Shown piece by piece: positions 25,008 through 37,584 of a stretch of DNA of 64,000 bases. A program made the translations under genes and the position numbers. Under the pieces are notes generated by a model. The model saw only the letters and a list, made by a program, of their open reading frames with translations. It was not told where the DNA came from and did no database searches. The stretch is from NCBI GenBank assembly GCA_905178155.1, contig CAJINV010000001.1:13718664-13782663 (forward strand). The letters run 5' to 3'. Each line of letters starts with the position of its first letter. Within the stretch, counting starts at the first letter, position 1. The DNA is from Amoebophrya sp. A120. Its lineage: Eukaryota; Protista; Dinoflagellata.

Positions 25008-27079
25008 ATGCTGCTGCGCACACTTTTGGATGATCTTGTCCGCGAGCTGTGGAACGCTAGTACCCACTCCGACTTTCCAGCCACGTCGTCCGCAGTAAAA
25101 GAAAAAGACCGGAATCATGCAGCAAAAGCCACGGCTTTTTTGACAAAGGAAGACCTGAAGGCGATTCGTTGCACGCAGAAATCCATTCCAAATTCCGTGT
25201 TGGCAAAACTGGAACGCGGGCGCGATTACGAGGAGGTGTTTACGCCGATCGATCCTCAAGCGCCCAAAGCCGCTGCTGAAAAAGTCGACGCCGCAATGCA
25301 GCGGTTGTTCGACAAGGGCCTGGCGGATCCGCTCGGCAAAAAGCACGGGCCCGTGGTGATGCTGAAGCAGTGGCTCGCGGAGCCGAAAAAGTGGCCGAAC
25401 GAAATACAGAACAAAAAGAGGGGCATCGGTTTGCTGTTCCGGAAGAGCGCGCTGGCGCAAATTGCTTCGATGGGCGACGCCGAGGGTGGCGGCATGCAGT
25501 TGACCAAAAAGGCACGGGAGAGCAACTTCGGCCCCGCGACCCGGACGTACTACAACCTGCAGACCGCGGGGGAAACAAATTTGCCTGGCCTGCCCGCCGA
25601 GGACGACGACACGGATTGCGTCTGCGACGATTTGGAGCAGTGGAGCTGCAAGCAGAAACTGGCGGAGGTGTTCGGGCTCGGCAACCGGCCCGCGCCCTGT
25701 GCGCTGCAGATTAAGCAAGGGAAGCCCTGTCCGACCAAAGCCGGCTGCAAGCTGGTGGACGAGAACGGGCAGATGGGCTGCGTGCAGGATTGCGAGAAGT
25801 TCTCCAGTATCAAAAGTAAAAATGTCTGGGTCTGGAAACTTGTTATGTTGAAAATGAATGATAGACGCACTGCAATACGCAGCTGTGCATGACAAATTTC
25901 TTGGCTGCCATGTATTACGTATTCCGCATGGCAAACTGCGTTTTTCACTGTCCACGGGTGGTGTTGCGGGTTAGCCTGGCGAAAGCCAAAAACCGGCAGA
26001 AAATGGGGCCACGGAAGCGCTCTTGCTGGACATTACCAACATTTGCCCACGCAGAGCCGTCCTCTTGCCGGACACAACCAACATCTGTCCGAAACAGCCT
26101 AGGGCCAAGACGACACCGTGAGGACGACCACAGGGGGTCCGTCTCAATGATGATGATGATGACAGGTAAGAGGGCTTTTTCGTGCCTATGCAACACAGAT
26201 TCCCGAGTCATGCCAGACAAGCATGACAAACTTGCATTCTTCCAGACCCAGACATTTTTACATTTGATATCCAGCCAACAGGAGTGCGACCACGCCTCGG
26301 ACGAGGTGTCGCCACCCGTATCAAATGTAAAAATGTCTGGGTCTGGAAGATTGCAACTTGTCATGCTAAATCTGCAGCATGCAAAAATCTGCGTTGCATG
26401 ATTACCAAAAGTCGTCCAGTTTTGACCAAGTCGGAAGGTAGTTTGTCATGCAGGATAGGCATTAGAAAGGCCTCGCAGAATCTGTCATGCTAGGTCCTGC
26501 ATTCCAGACCTCATGGGTCATGGAAAAGCAGCGTGACAAATCGCGCATTCTTCCAGACCCAGACATTTTTGCATTTGATAACCCGTGAAGGTGTGCAAGT
26601 GGTACGACACCAAGGGGGGCCACTGCGGCCCGGATAACGAGAAGTACGACGCGAAGATCCAGGCGGAGCTGGCCGCGAAGAAAGCGGCCCAGAAAGCCCA
26701 GGAAGGCGAGGACGAGAAGACCGCGGATGAGGAGAAAGCGTCCGGAGACAGCGAGGAGGGGGACGGGGAGAAAACTGCGGATGCAAACGACGAGGACAAG
26801 GCCGAAGAAGCGAAGGAGGCGGAGATCAAAAAGGAGGAGGACAAAGCGGACAAGGAAGGCAGCGGCGAAGAGGACACAACTAGCATGGTTGCGGAAGATG
26901 ACAAGGAAAACGGTGGTGACGAAAAGGCAGCCGAAGACGCCGAGAAAGAGAAGGAAGCTGATGCAGAAGCGAAAGAAGACGCAGCGGACGAAGCCGCAGA
27001 ATCGGGTTCCAACGCTGAGGGTGCCGAAGGCGGGGACGAGGGTGAAGAAGGAAAGGAGGAGTCAAAAAAGGAAGAGTAA
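25008..27079 (+). CDS. Hypothetical protein with Cys-rich domain and acidic E/D/K tail; two introners (5' end uncertain)
   Basis: Removing 25808-26274 and 26319-26585 joins ...QDCEKFSSQQECDHASDEVSPPVKVCKWYDTKGGHC... in one frame. Confidence 0.8.
25808..26269 (+). mobile_element. Introner, main family, long (462-bp) variant, 5-bp TSD TCCAG
   Basis: TIR TATCAAAAGTAAAAATGTCTGGGTCTGGAA / TTCCAGACCCAGACATTTTTACATTTGATA, TCCAG on both sides. Confidence 0.95.
26319..26580 (+). mobile_element. Introner, main family, 5-bp TSD ACCCG
   Basis: ~32-bp TIR, ACCCG on both sides. The 3' interior is nearly identical to the 36759 copy. Confidence 0.95.
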
Positions 27080-27858
27080 ACGTAAAGGAGTAATTTAGGA
27101 CAGGGAGGACAAGCCTCGTCTCTCTTGTGAAGAAGACATCAATGTCGATTTTGTCGTACAAGTACTAGAGTGCTGAATGATGGTACTGATGTCTGTGCCG
27201 TAGTTGAGTAAGCAAAGTAGAACTTATCATGCGTTCTTGTGGTGGTGCTAGTGCTCCTGGTACGGGAGACCCTCGCCCCGCAAGTGCTGCCCCCTTGCTT
27301 TGTGGCAGAAAACCAGCGTGCTCGTCTGCGGTGTCAATAGTCGTCGGTTGTGGTTGACCAGAAGTCAACATCGCAGTTCCAGGGTCGTCTTCGTAATCGT
27401 ATCGAGCAGGGCATCAAGAAAGATTCGATTTTTTGTATAAGTACATGCATTGGGAACAAGGCCTTGGCCTGCTTCCTGCTTGGTAGCACGTCCGTGAGAC
27501 TCAAATCAATGAATTTGTCAGGGCAATCGTGATCGTCGCGTGAGCGTTCTCGCCGGTCGGGGCACTGTATCTGAGTGTCGAGTGGGTACAATTGGGATGT
27601 GCTAAATTATGAATTATGAATACTCCATAGTCAATGTCAAATGTATGATCTGTTGTTTCATACCTACATTCGTACTAACTTTGATAAACACCAAGGTCAG
27701 TTTGAGTGTTGAACGTACGTTGGCTGCGTTCCTGGTATTTGAAATTCTATGGTATCCTCCGCCTTCGTGTCATTCAATTTCCAACGCTGACAGAATTCCG
27801 TCGCGCGCTGCCCATTCGCAGTTTTGCCGTCACTAGGTTTTTTTTGTTTCCGTCGTCG

Positions 27859-29115
27859 ATGGGCAATTCCTCCCGTAGCGTGACGCGGCTGCTCATCTGC
27901 ATCTCGATTGCCAGGGTCGCTGTCCGAGATCGTCTGGGCAATGTCGGAAGCGGTGGGGAGACTCCCCACACGACCGGGGAGGAGGAACCTGCGGACCAGG
28001 ACCCGCTGATGTTCACCGAAGTCGGCGCGCATGCTACGTATACGTTCGTCGAACTTTGGCCAACGTCCACACCAGTGGGGATGAAAGAGTTGCCGCGACA
28101 ACCTGGGCGTTTCACACGACAACCTGGGCGCATATCGGAGCACCGTGGTCTGATAAAGTGGTGCCAGAACAAGGGCTTTTTCTGCTTTCCAAAAGTATGG
28201 GAGGCGCACTTGATGGTCGGAGATTTCCTTGCATGCAAGTGCTCCCCCTCTCCCTGGGAGGAGAAAGCTGCTCCTGGGAAGACATCGGCGATGTTCAATT
28301 TCACATCTTTCTACGTGCCGTGGAATTCGCCGGCGGCGATAATCAAACGCCGAGAGAAGGATCAAAGAAGGCACGAAGAGCACCTCCCTACCGAAGCAAA
28401 CTCAGGCCCCTCCTCGTGGTTTGACCGGATCTTGACAACCTTCAGCCCGCTTAGCACGAGCGTAGAAGAGAAAAAGTTGGTGCAGCACTTAGGAGAAAGC
28501 GCGCTCCTAGATCGCTCTCTCCGCGGTAGCGCAGACTTCGCTTTCGGCGACGCGCCACTGCTTCCGGGCGCTGGAGTGGAGCCCTTGGATGCCGCACATG
28601 ATCTGAAAGCCGTGCGGGTAGACGGCGGAAGAACAGGGCAGCGGGGGCGCTGGGAAAGCGTGTCGAATGCGGATCCGTTTCTAATTCACTTCACCGCTGA
28701 AATAGAGAGAAGAATACCGCCGCAGTACGAGGAAAAGCTCGGGTGCGACCACGCGAACGGTGTGGGTCTTGCGTACCTGCAGCACCCTCAACAAGTGTGC
28801 GACAGTGACGGTTTTTGCTACTGTCACGAGCTCCAACCCTGGCTGCCGATCGACGTTGACCGATTTGTCCTTCGCATGCCCGTGTTGCTCGACAATTGGT
28901 GCTGGGGTACGTGCTTCGATTTCGTTTACGACAAAATCAATGCTGACGTGGACAAGCAGGAAGTTGCGGGCTCGGCACCGACAGCACAGGGACTTTTTGC
29001 AAAGTTCATGCGAGTGTATGACGCAATGCGCACTTCAGTCGTAAGATACGCAGAAAAGGTGGACGATCCGTGCTCCGTCGTGAAGATGGATTTTGTGGCC
29101 GAACCACGTAGCTGA
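27859..29115 (+). CDS. Hypothetical, probably secreted, Cys-containing protein
   Basis: Long ORF (27706-29115); first ATG at 27859 is followed by a short hydrophobic segment. No family recognised. Confidence 0.65.
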   Translation: MGNSSRSVTRLLICISIARVAVRDRLGNVGSGGETPHTTGEEEPADQDPLMFTEVGAHATYTFVELWPTSTPVGMKELPRQPGRFTRQPGRISEHRGLIKWCQNKGFFCFPKVWEAHLMVGDFLACKCSPSPWEEKAAPGKTSAMFNFTSFYVPWNSPAAIIKRREKDQRRHEEHLPTEANSGPSSWFDRILTTFSPLSTSVEEKKLVQHLGESALLDRSLRGSADFAFGDAPLLPGAGVEPLDAAHDLKAVRVDGGRTGQRGRWESVSNADPFLIHFTAEIERRIPPQYEEKLGCDHANGVGLAYLQHPQQVCDSDGFCYCHELQPWLPIDVDRFVLRMPVLLDNWCWGTCFDFVYDKINADVDKQEVAGSAPTAQGLFAKFMRVYDAMRTSVVRYAEKVDDPCSVVKMDFVAEPRS

Positions 29116-30045
29116 GGAAAAGCTGCAATAAAGGGAGCAAGTCGATCATGTGTCCTTCAACCCGCAGCTACCATTGTACTAGGGACGGTTGCTTCTCATC
29201 ATCGATCTTAAATTTGTCTGCTAGTATAGCAACGACAAGAACGTCATCAATGTTGGGAATCGTTTGAACGCATCACAATGTCGAGATATCGAATTGCGTA
29301 CTTACACTTGTCGCTAGATACGTACAATGAATACGACCACTCGTGTTCTGCACGTTGAGATGAAAGTACAGAAAACCAAAAACAATTTTGTCTGGTCAGT
29401 CGCACTCCGATGATGTCATTGATTTCTGTATCATCGTGGTTCTCCAGTAAACGATATGATGTACGGCGTACACATGTTTGCATAAAAAGAAAAAAAGCGG
29501 TCGCTAGTTGGTGTGCTACTTATGCGCTCGTGTGGTCTTGTGACATGTCCTGATCTTGAGTTTCGCTGTCGTGATTCAGAAGTTGTAGTGCAGCTGTGTG
29601 CGGTATTTTATGAAAAAGACAGACGAGCTCGAGGTCCTTCTCGATGTTGATAGATGCTGACGCAGGATCACCGACGATCGATTTTCCACGGGTGGTAAAT
29701 ATTGTTATCGCGGGTCTGAATATTATGGTTCAAAGCTTGTGGGGATGACAATGGTGGATTGAAGCTGAATGTCCCCTGAGGAATAGAGCGAGCTGTTACT
29801 GTTAGTTTATCACAACATCGTGCTTCGATAAACAAGGTGAAAGTCTTAGTTGTAATATTCGGCACAAGTTTTAGTTTAGTATTAGTTCTCGTTTTTCGCT
29901 ACATAGTGCAGCAATGCCCTCTGCAGCAAATTTTGAGTTTTCTCTTTTTCTGACTAGCTTTCCCGTGAGCTTGATTTGAGTTTGACTTCAGCGGCAGCAG
30001 CCAGCCCTTCCATTCAAAAAGTTGTCCTGCCCGTAAGTGCCAAGC

Positions 30046-33000
30046 ATGTCCTCCAGTGCGGCCGGGGGGCGGCGCGGCAAAGGACCCGGTCGCTCGAAGT
30101 ACGGCAAGACTTGGTGGGGCGGGAAGTTCTTAGATGCCTTCAACGGCATCGACGAGACGAACCGCTTACCTCGGGGCGTGACGTACGCGAACAACGGTTC
30201 CTGTGCCGGTATCAAACTGGAAAAAAACGAGGTGCGGGCCAGTGTGCAAGGCAGCGACCCCACGCCGTACCAGGTGCGGATTCAGTTTGCGGACTTTAGC
30301 CAGGAGAAACAGAAAATCCAGAGCGTGATACAACAAAAGGGACCCGTCGTGCTGAGCAAGCTGTTGAACCGGGAGCTGCCAGAAAGCATCCTGGACGATT
30401 TGGAGCGCGCCAGACTGCCAATATTCCCGTCCTCGTGGCGCCACGTCACGGCGAGGTGCAGCTGCCCGGACCGGGCTGTGCCCTGCAAGCACATAGCGGC
30501 CGTCATTTTCCTGACCGCGGGCGAGATCGACAAAAACCCGTTTCTAGTCTTCAAGATCCACGGCCTCGACATCCAGAATGAGGTGCTTGCAAAGCTAGGG
30601 GGTGGAGGGAACGTTCCTGGAGGTGCGGCTGCGAGCAGCAGCGCCGCGACCGGAGGTGCCAGCACTGATGCGGCGGAAGGGAAGAAAAGCCGAAAGAAGG
30701 GCGCGACGGGGAAGCACGGGGGCGACAAAAACTCGTCCAAAAGCTCCGTAATATCTTCCGCTCAGGAGCAACAAACCAACACTGCGCTTAGTGCCGGCGG
30801 GTTAAGCATCGGCGAAATTCCAGTTTTCTCCGAGTTGGTGTGTGCTCCGGTGAACGACGTTGAACTTGTCGAGCCGGACGAGACGGCACAGATGAGTACT
30901 TCTAGCAATAGCACGACTCCCATTGTTCCGAAGAACTTGGTGGATTTTACGAAGTTGACCAACTTGTCGACGCAAATCCAGGACATCCTCAAGAAAGAGC
31001 CGCCGTTTTTCCCGAATGCAGACTTTACGCAGCTGCTTGGCGCCGCATACAAGCACTGGGCCAAGATTTACGGGGGCTCCTCCGCGAATGCACCGGCTCG
31101 CCGGGTGCCGGAGCCGCACGGGACGGCAATGACCCGGCAGCCATCGGGTACAGCCACGTCGTCACGTGGCCGTAATGCCAAAAAGAATCGCGCGGACGCG
31201 TGGAACTTGCAGCAAGACGGTGAAGGTCGTGATGTCGGGGGCCCTTCAGAAGGAGACAACATCACCAGCTCGGATGATCATATCGAGCAACTGCAGTCCA
31301 CCGCGAAAGCTGAACTCATGAAGCAGCTGCGCAAATTCGAGCGTGTACAGCTGCGACTGGATGCCGTGGGCGACTTCGATTCGTTCGAAGAAGAGCAGAG
31401 CGAGGAAATGCAACGGCAAAATACTACAACTTCATCAAGCAACCGCGTCGCGGCACAGCAGGGTAACCGCCTGACGCTCGACGCGGTGCCTTTCTCTTCA
31501 AGCTCCGACGGCGATGGAGTGTCAGCGCAAGGCGTGACGGAAGTGCCCGAGGACCTTGAAGACTTGCAGGCCTTTCGGGAGGAAGTCGCAGAAATAGAAG
31601 AAGGAGATGGTGAGGCGCAGAAGATGCTGTCAATCAGTCAACTGTTCGGGAATACGTCGAGTTTGCCACCGCAGAACCAAAATAGCACCGGCCAGCATAG
31701 GAAGTCCAAATCGAAGCAGGAGGCAGACAAGCAGGCTTCGCAGGTTCCCAAGTCGAGGATTTTGGAGATGCTCCTGGACTTCCTCGAGTTCGATTGCAGT
31801 TCCGAAGACCTCGGGAGTTTTAGTTACGATTTGCAGTTTCTCGCACTTTTGCTCCGCTACGTGGACGTACTAGTCAAGAACAGCGCGATAATACCGCAGA
31901 TTTGTCGGAGAGACCGCAGAGGAGACGAGTACGTGTTCGTGCGGTGGGTTCCGGCTTTGATCAACTCCGACACGAAAGACGTTCATCAGGCACTGGTTGA
32001 CGCGTGTCCTCGGGCGTTGGTAAAGTTCTCTCCTGGCGTCTCATCCGCCGCGGAGAAGCTGCTCGGCGTGAGCACCACTGATCGCCTGCTAACTGCACGC
32101 GAGCAAGTTACCTCACTCGTTTCCTTGATCGTCAAGCGGACTCTGCTTGCCCGGGCGACAAATATTATGGGAAGCTCACATGCTTTTGGAGCAAAAGATC
32201 ACGACCAGCTCCAGTGGTATGCAGCACGTCACCTTGCGACTGCTTCCTGGGCGCAGAAGCACGCACTGAAGGACAAGGCCAGGGTTGTGCCGCTCGTTTT
32301 CGAGTTTCAAGAGCCGACCAATATGTACGGAAACGCAAAAGCCGCAAACTACTTCGAAATGAAGGAAATCCCGATGAGCATTCACGTTTGGCTCAGCCGC
32401 CTTTTCTTCACTGATAAGGACTACAGATTGCGGTTGCTTGTGAAACAGAAGCCCCGACCCTTCACCGGTCGCGCGGGCGCGGCGCAACGGAACACGACCC
32501 CTGCAGCTGGAACCACCTCGATGTCACCTGGCATCGCTACCGATAGTAAGCAACAATTGGAAATCGAGGACACCTTCGCGTTAGCAGTGGAAGTCGAGCT
32601 GCTGAAGGAAGAGAAGAAAGTCTACGCTTTGGGGAAGTACCTTACCCTAGACCATCCTCGCACCATGGACGTTGTGGCCACTCTGAATCTCCTCTCTGAC
32701 CGCATTCCGGGCTTTGAAAAGGCCATTTCGAAGCTCGGTGGCAAGTCCTACGAGAAGACGCAGACCATTCGTCTGTCGCAGGAGAGGGAGCGCGAACTTG
32801 CACAGCTTGCTCGCACCGACCCGGATCTCGCAGCGGCCATGCGCAGTTCGTTGGAAGACCAAGCGAAAGAAGCTTTGTTGAAAAAAACCGATATCGCAGA
32901 CGAAGACGACGGATCAATCGCGAACCGGCCGGAATTCGATTTGCTGAACTTTCACTATTCGCAACTCGGCGACATCTTCCTGCATGTCTTCCCGCTGCTG

Positions 33001-36000
33001 GAGTCCCTGGGCGTGAAAATCATTCTACCGAAGAAACTCAAGAAACGTGAGAAGCCGCGGCTCCGTATGCGCGTCGCTGACAATGACGGCAGTACAACGA
33101 CGGCTGCCGACGCCGGCGCCTCTAGCCGCACCCCGGGGTTCGCAACCATGTCCGACAATTTGAGCTTCAACTGGACGGTCGCGATTGGGGACAAGGATGT
33201 TTCCATTGAGGAGTTTGAGAAGATGGTGGAAAAGCAGAACGGGCTGGTGAAGTTTAACGACCAGTTTCTGATGATCGATCCCGCGGAGATGAAGCAGCTG
33301 TTCCAGAGAGCGAAGCAGGTGCAGAAGGACAAAAAGAAACTTAGCAACTTCGAAGTTGCCCAGGCGGCGTTGGGTTGTCCGCACGTCTTGGGCAAAGACG
33401 TCGAGTGTCTCGTGGACGACAAAGTGGCGCAACTTGTGCAGCAGAAGCTGTCTTTCGACGGTCACGGCGCGGACGCGAGAAGCGTGCGGTTCCCGCTGTA
33501 CGCCCGGCCGGTTGTCGAGAAGTGCATTTTGAAAGTCGGGGAGGAACTGGAAGGCAAGATCTACCCGGAATTGCTCGAAGTGGCCTGTCTGCACGACGGC
33601 CAGACGTTTGACGCGGAGCGCGAGATGAACGGCATCCAGCGCTCGGAGCATCAGACTCCCGTCGTGAAACTGCTCGTTTCCACTTCAAACAAGCGACAGC
33701 ACTTCGCGAAACTCAAGTTCGGAGCACCGACGGAAAAAAAGGCAAGCGCTCAACAAGAAGAAGCCGCCGCTCCGGCAGGCCGCGCAGCGACTTCTTCGCA
33801 ATATTACAACTCCGTCGGGTCGTTGCAATCTACTTTGAAGGCTGGTGGCAGCGGCCAACCAGGTTTGATGCACCGCACGTTATCTGACACGGGTACCTCG
33901 TCCTTGTTGCTCAACGTCTGCTTCAAGGACATGTGGAGACATGGCAGCGTGCAGGAAAGCGAAAAATATGTCGACAACCCGTTCACGCGTGGTCCAATCA
34001 GCAAACGCCACCCACCCCGACTGAACGCGAAAGTGCAGGGCTTCATTGATGCGCTGCAGCTACTGCTGACTGGACGAGGACAAAGCGCCCCTGCTGGGGT
34101 GCCGCAGGGTCTTGGCGGTCTGTTTCCTGGCGGCGCGCCCCAAGTAAAGGAACTCGAGACCGCCCGCGAACTACCCACTTCCTTCGAAAAATTTTCCGAT
34201 GACGAGCTGAGCGAAGTGTTTCACCGGCTGAAGGTCGCAGCGCGGCCAGTGCTTGCAGCGCAAGAAGTCAACGTGTTGTTCCGCGAGTTGAAAGAGATCG
34301 TAACCGCCGCGGCGGAAAATCCAGCGGTTAAACTTGCCGGACAGGACTATGAATCTTGCGAGGAACAAAGCAGCTCGGAGCAGTTTTCGTCGGGTGATGT
34401 GAACAAACCTGTGTGTGATCAGGAAGCGTCCTCGCCGAAGGAAGCTTTCCCCGTCCCTCCGGACCTGTGTGCCAACCTCCGCGAGTATCAGAAGCGCGGC
34501 TTCCAGTGGCTGTGCCACAACATCGATTTCGGCTTCGGTTGCATCTTGGCGGACGACATGGGGCTGGGAAAAACGGTCCAGGTGCTCACGGCCATTTTGC
34601 ACTTCCGCAACGCGATCGCGGGCTTCCCCATGCAGATGCCCCAAGCAGGTGGTCCTTTCGTCGCTGGTGGAGGTCCTAACACCGCTGCACCAGCAGTGCC
34701 CGCTACTCAAGTTTTTCCCGGGCTTTCGCAAAAGGGCCAGCCTTTCCGGGTTTTGGTCGTTTGTCCAACTTCTCTGGTCGACAACTGGTGCGCCGAGGCT
34801 GCCAAATTCACGCCTTCGCTTCGCGTCATCCAGTACCACGGCGGCCAGCGCGCGGCGGCGCTACAAAAGTTACTCGGACATAAGGTCGACGAGTCCTCTT
34901 CCAAGACCGCGGGGAAAAAGGCAAGCATGAAGACGGCGAAAGGGAAGTCGAAAGCAATGAAAGCTCTTCCTCCTCCAGCTGATGCAAGTACAATGTCAGG
35001 CGCTGCTGCTCCATTAGGCTCGCCCTCGTCCTCTGCGGCTGGTGACACGACGACGTCCAATGCTGACAACCAGGCACAGCCGGGTGCAACTGCTTCGACG
35101 CAGACTTCCCAGCTGGCGGAGCAGCAGCTGCCCGAGGTCATCGTCACCTCCCTTGGTACCGCGCGTTCCGACGCCGCGCAGCTGTCAAAGATCGACTGGT
35201 TTTTGCTCGTGCTGGACGAAGCGCAGGCCATCAAGAATCCCTCGTCACAGCAAACCAAGGCGCTGAAGAGTATCCCGGCCAGGCACTACCTGGCGATGAG
35301 TGGGACCCCCGTGGAGAATCGCCTCCTCGAGTACTGGAGCATCTTCGACTTTGTCAACAAGGGATACCTGGGTGACACCGCGGGAAGTTTCGCGAAGACC
35401 TACGCCCGACCGATCGAGAAGGATGGCTGTCGGGAGACGCTGCAGCAGTTTCATCGTGTGACGCAACCCTTCTTGCTCCGCCGGTTGAAAACGGACAAGC
35501 AGATCATCAAGGACCTCCCCGACAAGGTCTACTGCGACGAGAAATGCGGGTTGAGCAAGGAGCAGGCCAGCTTGTACCAGGCTCTGGTCGAGCACTGCAT
35601 GGGGAACATCGAGGGAAAAAGCAAGAGGAAGCAGGGAGCGCAGTCGGACGCTGAGGTGCTCGTCGGCCACGTCGCGGCGGCCGCGGAGGATCACGCGGCG
35701 CGCGCAGAGCAGGCGGGACCTGCACGGAAGCGGCGCAAGATGGGGAGCAGCAGCGCAGCTGGCGGGGCGGGAGCTGCGTCCCTCGGGGGGGAAGTCGACG
35801 CGGTCACGAGTGCGAAGGTCGATGCGGTCATGGATCACGAACAGAACAGTCTGAAACCGAGTGGCATGTCCGGAATTCAGCGCAAGGGCATGGTACTGAA
35901 AATGATCACCGGCTTGAAGCAGATCTGCAACCACCCGGCACTGTACCTGAAGCAGCACGATCGGCATCGGACCACAAATAGTCCTCCGCGAGTGCGAAAA

Positions 36001-37584
36001 GCGAGCAGTAGCGCCGCCGCTGCGGGTGCTGGGCGATCGAGCAAGGCTGTAGCGGGAAAAAATGGAGTGGCAGCAGCAGGCGCAAATGCTGCGACAAATA
36101 ATGTAGTTTCATCGTCGACCGAGAAGCAGGCGATCAACATGGCAACGCGGTCGGGAAAATGTGAAGTTTTGTTGCAGCTTTTAGAGAACATTCTAAATGC
36201 CGACCCCACGGACAAGGTAAGTACTTACTGACACGGTTTTTCTTGCATGAAGGTGATGGCACGACTCGAAGCTGGTGTCTTCAAAGTACTTTATGATTTA
36301 CGAGTTGCCTCGCTTGTTGAGGTCAGGACATGCGATCTTCACATTCCACGCATTTTCTTCCATTGCTTTTCCGTGTAGTTGTGTAAACTGTTTTCACATT
36401 GCATCACCTTTAATTCGTATAACCCCTCGACTATTTCTATTTCAGGTTCTGATTTTCACGCAGTATGTCGGCATGGGTGTTCTGTTGCAGGCCATGCTGC
36501 GGAAAAAGTTTGACCTGGATAACGTGCCCTTTTTTCATGGAGGGCTCTCTAAGGAGGAGCGGTCCCGCCTGGTGAACACGTTTCAAGACGTGGAACACAA
36601 CTTGGCCGCAAATGCCTCCGGGAAAAAGAAACCTACCGCGACGAGATCATCTCCTAGCTCCGCGCGCATTCTGCTGATCAGTCTGCGTGCTGGCGGGACG
36701 GGGCTCAACTTGACCAAGGCTTCGCACGTGATTCATTTTGACCACTGGTGGAACCCGGTATCAAATGCAAAAGTGTCTGGGTCTGGAAGAATGCAACTTG
36801 TATTATGCTAAATCTCCAGTTTTGACCACGTCGGGAGGGAGTTTCTCATGCAGGACAAGCATGAAATTGAAAGAGATCGCACAGAATCTGTCATGCTAGG
36901 TCCTGCATTCCAGACCTCATGGGTCATGGAAGAGCTGCGTGACAAGTCGCGCACTCTTCCAGTCCCAGACATTTTTGCATTTGATACCCGGCGGTGGAGG
37001 ACCAAGCCACGGACCGCGCGTACCGAATCGGCCAGACGAAGAAGGTTTTTGTGTACCGGTTGCTCACCAACGGAACACTGGAGGATCGGATCATGCAAAT
37101 GGTGCAGAAAAAGCGGAAGTATCCTGTGCAAACGTGGTTCTTGTTGTACCACTTAGCCGCGGACCAATTCACTGCCTCAGACAATAAAACGCAACAATGA
37201 CTTTTACTGCAAGTAGCTCACATGAAGAAAACCATTTCTGTGCAGGATTTGGATTGGTGTTTTTGGAGCATGACTTTGTTTGTGTTTCGAACTTGGACGT
37301 GGCAAGGTCATTTGTAGTCTGGTCTATGGACTTGGACTTCTAGTCCTAGCCTCTAAGTGTGCGTCGAACAAGATGCTTTTGTCCTGCATAGGAATCTGCA
37401 GGAGTTAGCGGTTACCTCCGCCGAGACGTGGCTCACGGAGATGTCTTCAGAGGAATTGCGGGACTTGGTATCGCTCGGCAGCGGAAGTACGGTCGCCAGC
37501 AGTTTGGCAAACACGCTGCCCGCGGCTGCACCGGTGGGGGGCGTGCGCATAGTACAGTCGGTGGAGGAAATGGATGTGTCGTGA
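30046..37584 (+). CDS. Bacterial-type SWIM zinc finger + DUF3670-like + SNF2 helicase; 3 introns
   Basis: N-terminal YGKTWWG...NRLPRG; [16 protein letters not shown]; FNWTVAIGD...EEFEKMV...GLVKF; [28 protein letters not shown]. Removing introns 36217-36445 (GT-AG), 36759-36991 and ~37119-37394 gives [23 protein letters not shown] and [10 protein letters not shown]...[12 protein letters not shown]. Confidence 0.92.
36759..36986 (+). mobile_element. Introner, main family, 5-bp TSD CCCGG, inside the conserved helicase WWNPA motif
   Basis: TIR TATCAAATGCAAAAGTGTCTGGGTCTGGAAGA / TCTTCCAGTCCCAGACATTTTTGCATTTGATA. Removal restores [13 protein letters not shown]. Confidence 0.96.
37120..37390. mobile_element. 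Decayed introner
   Basis: Starts TATCCTGTGCAAA (same start as the 40099 element) and ends ...GTCCTGCATA. Flanks GGAAG/GGAAT match 4 of 5. Removing 276 nt keeps the frame. Confidence 0.65.
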
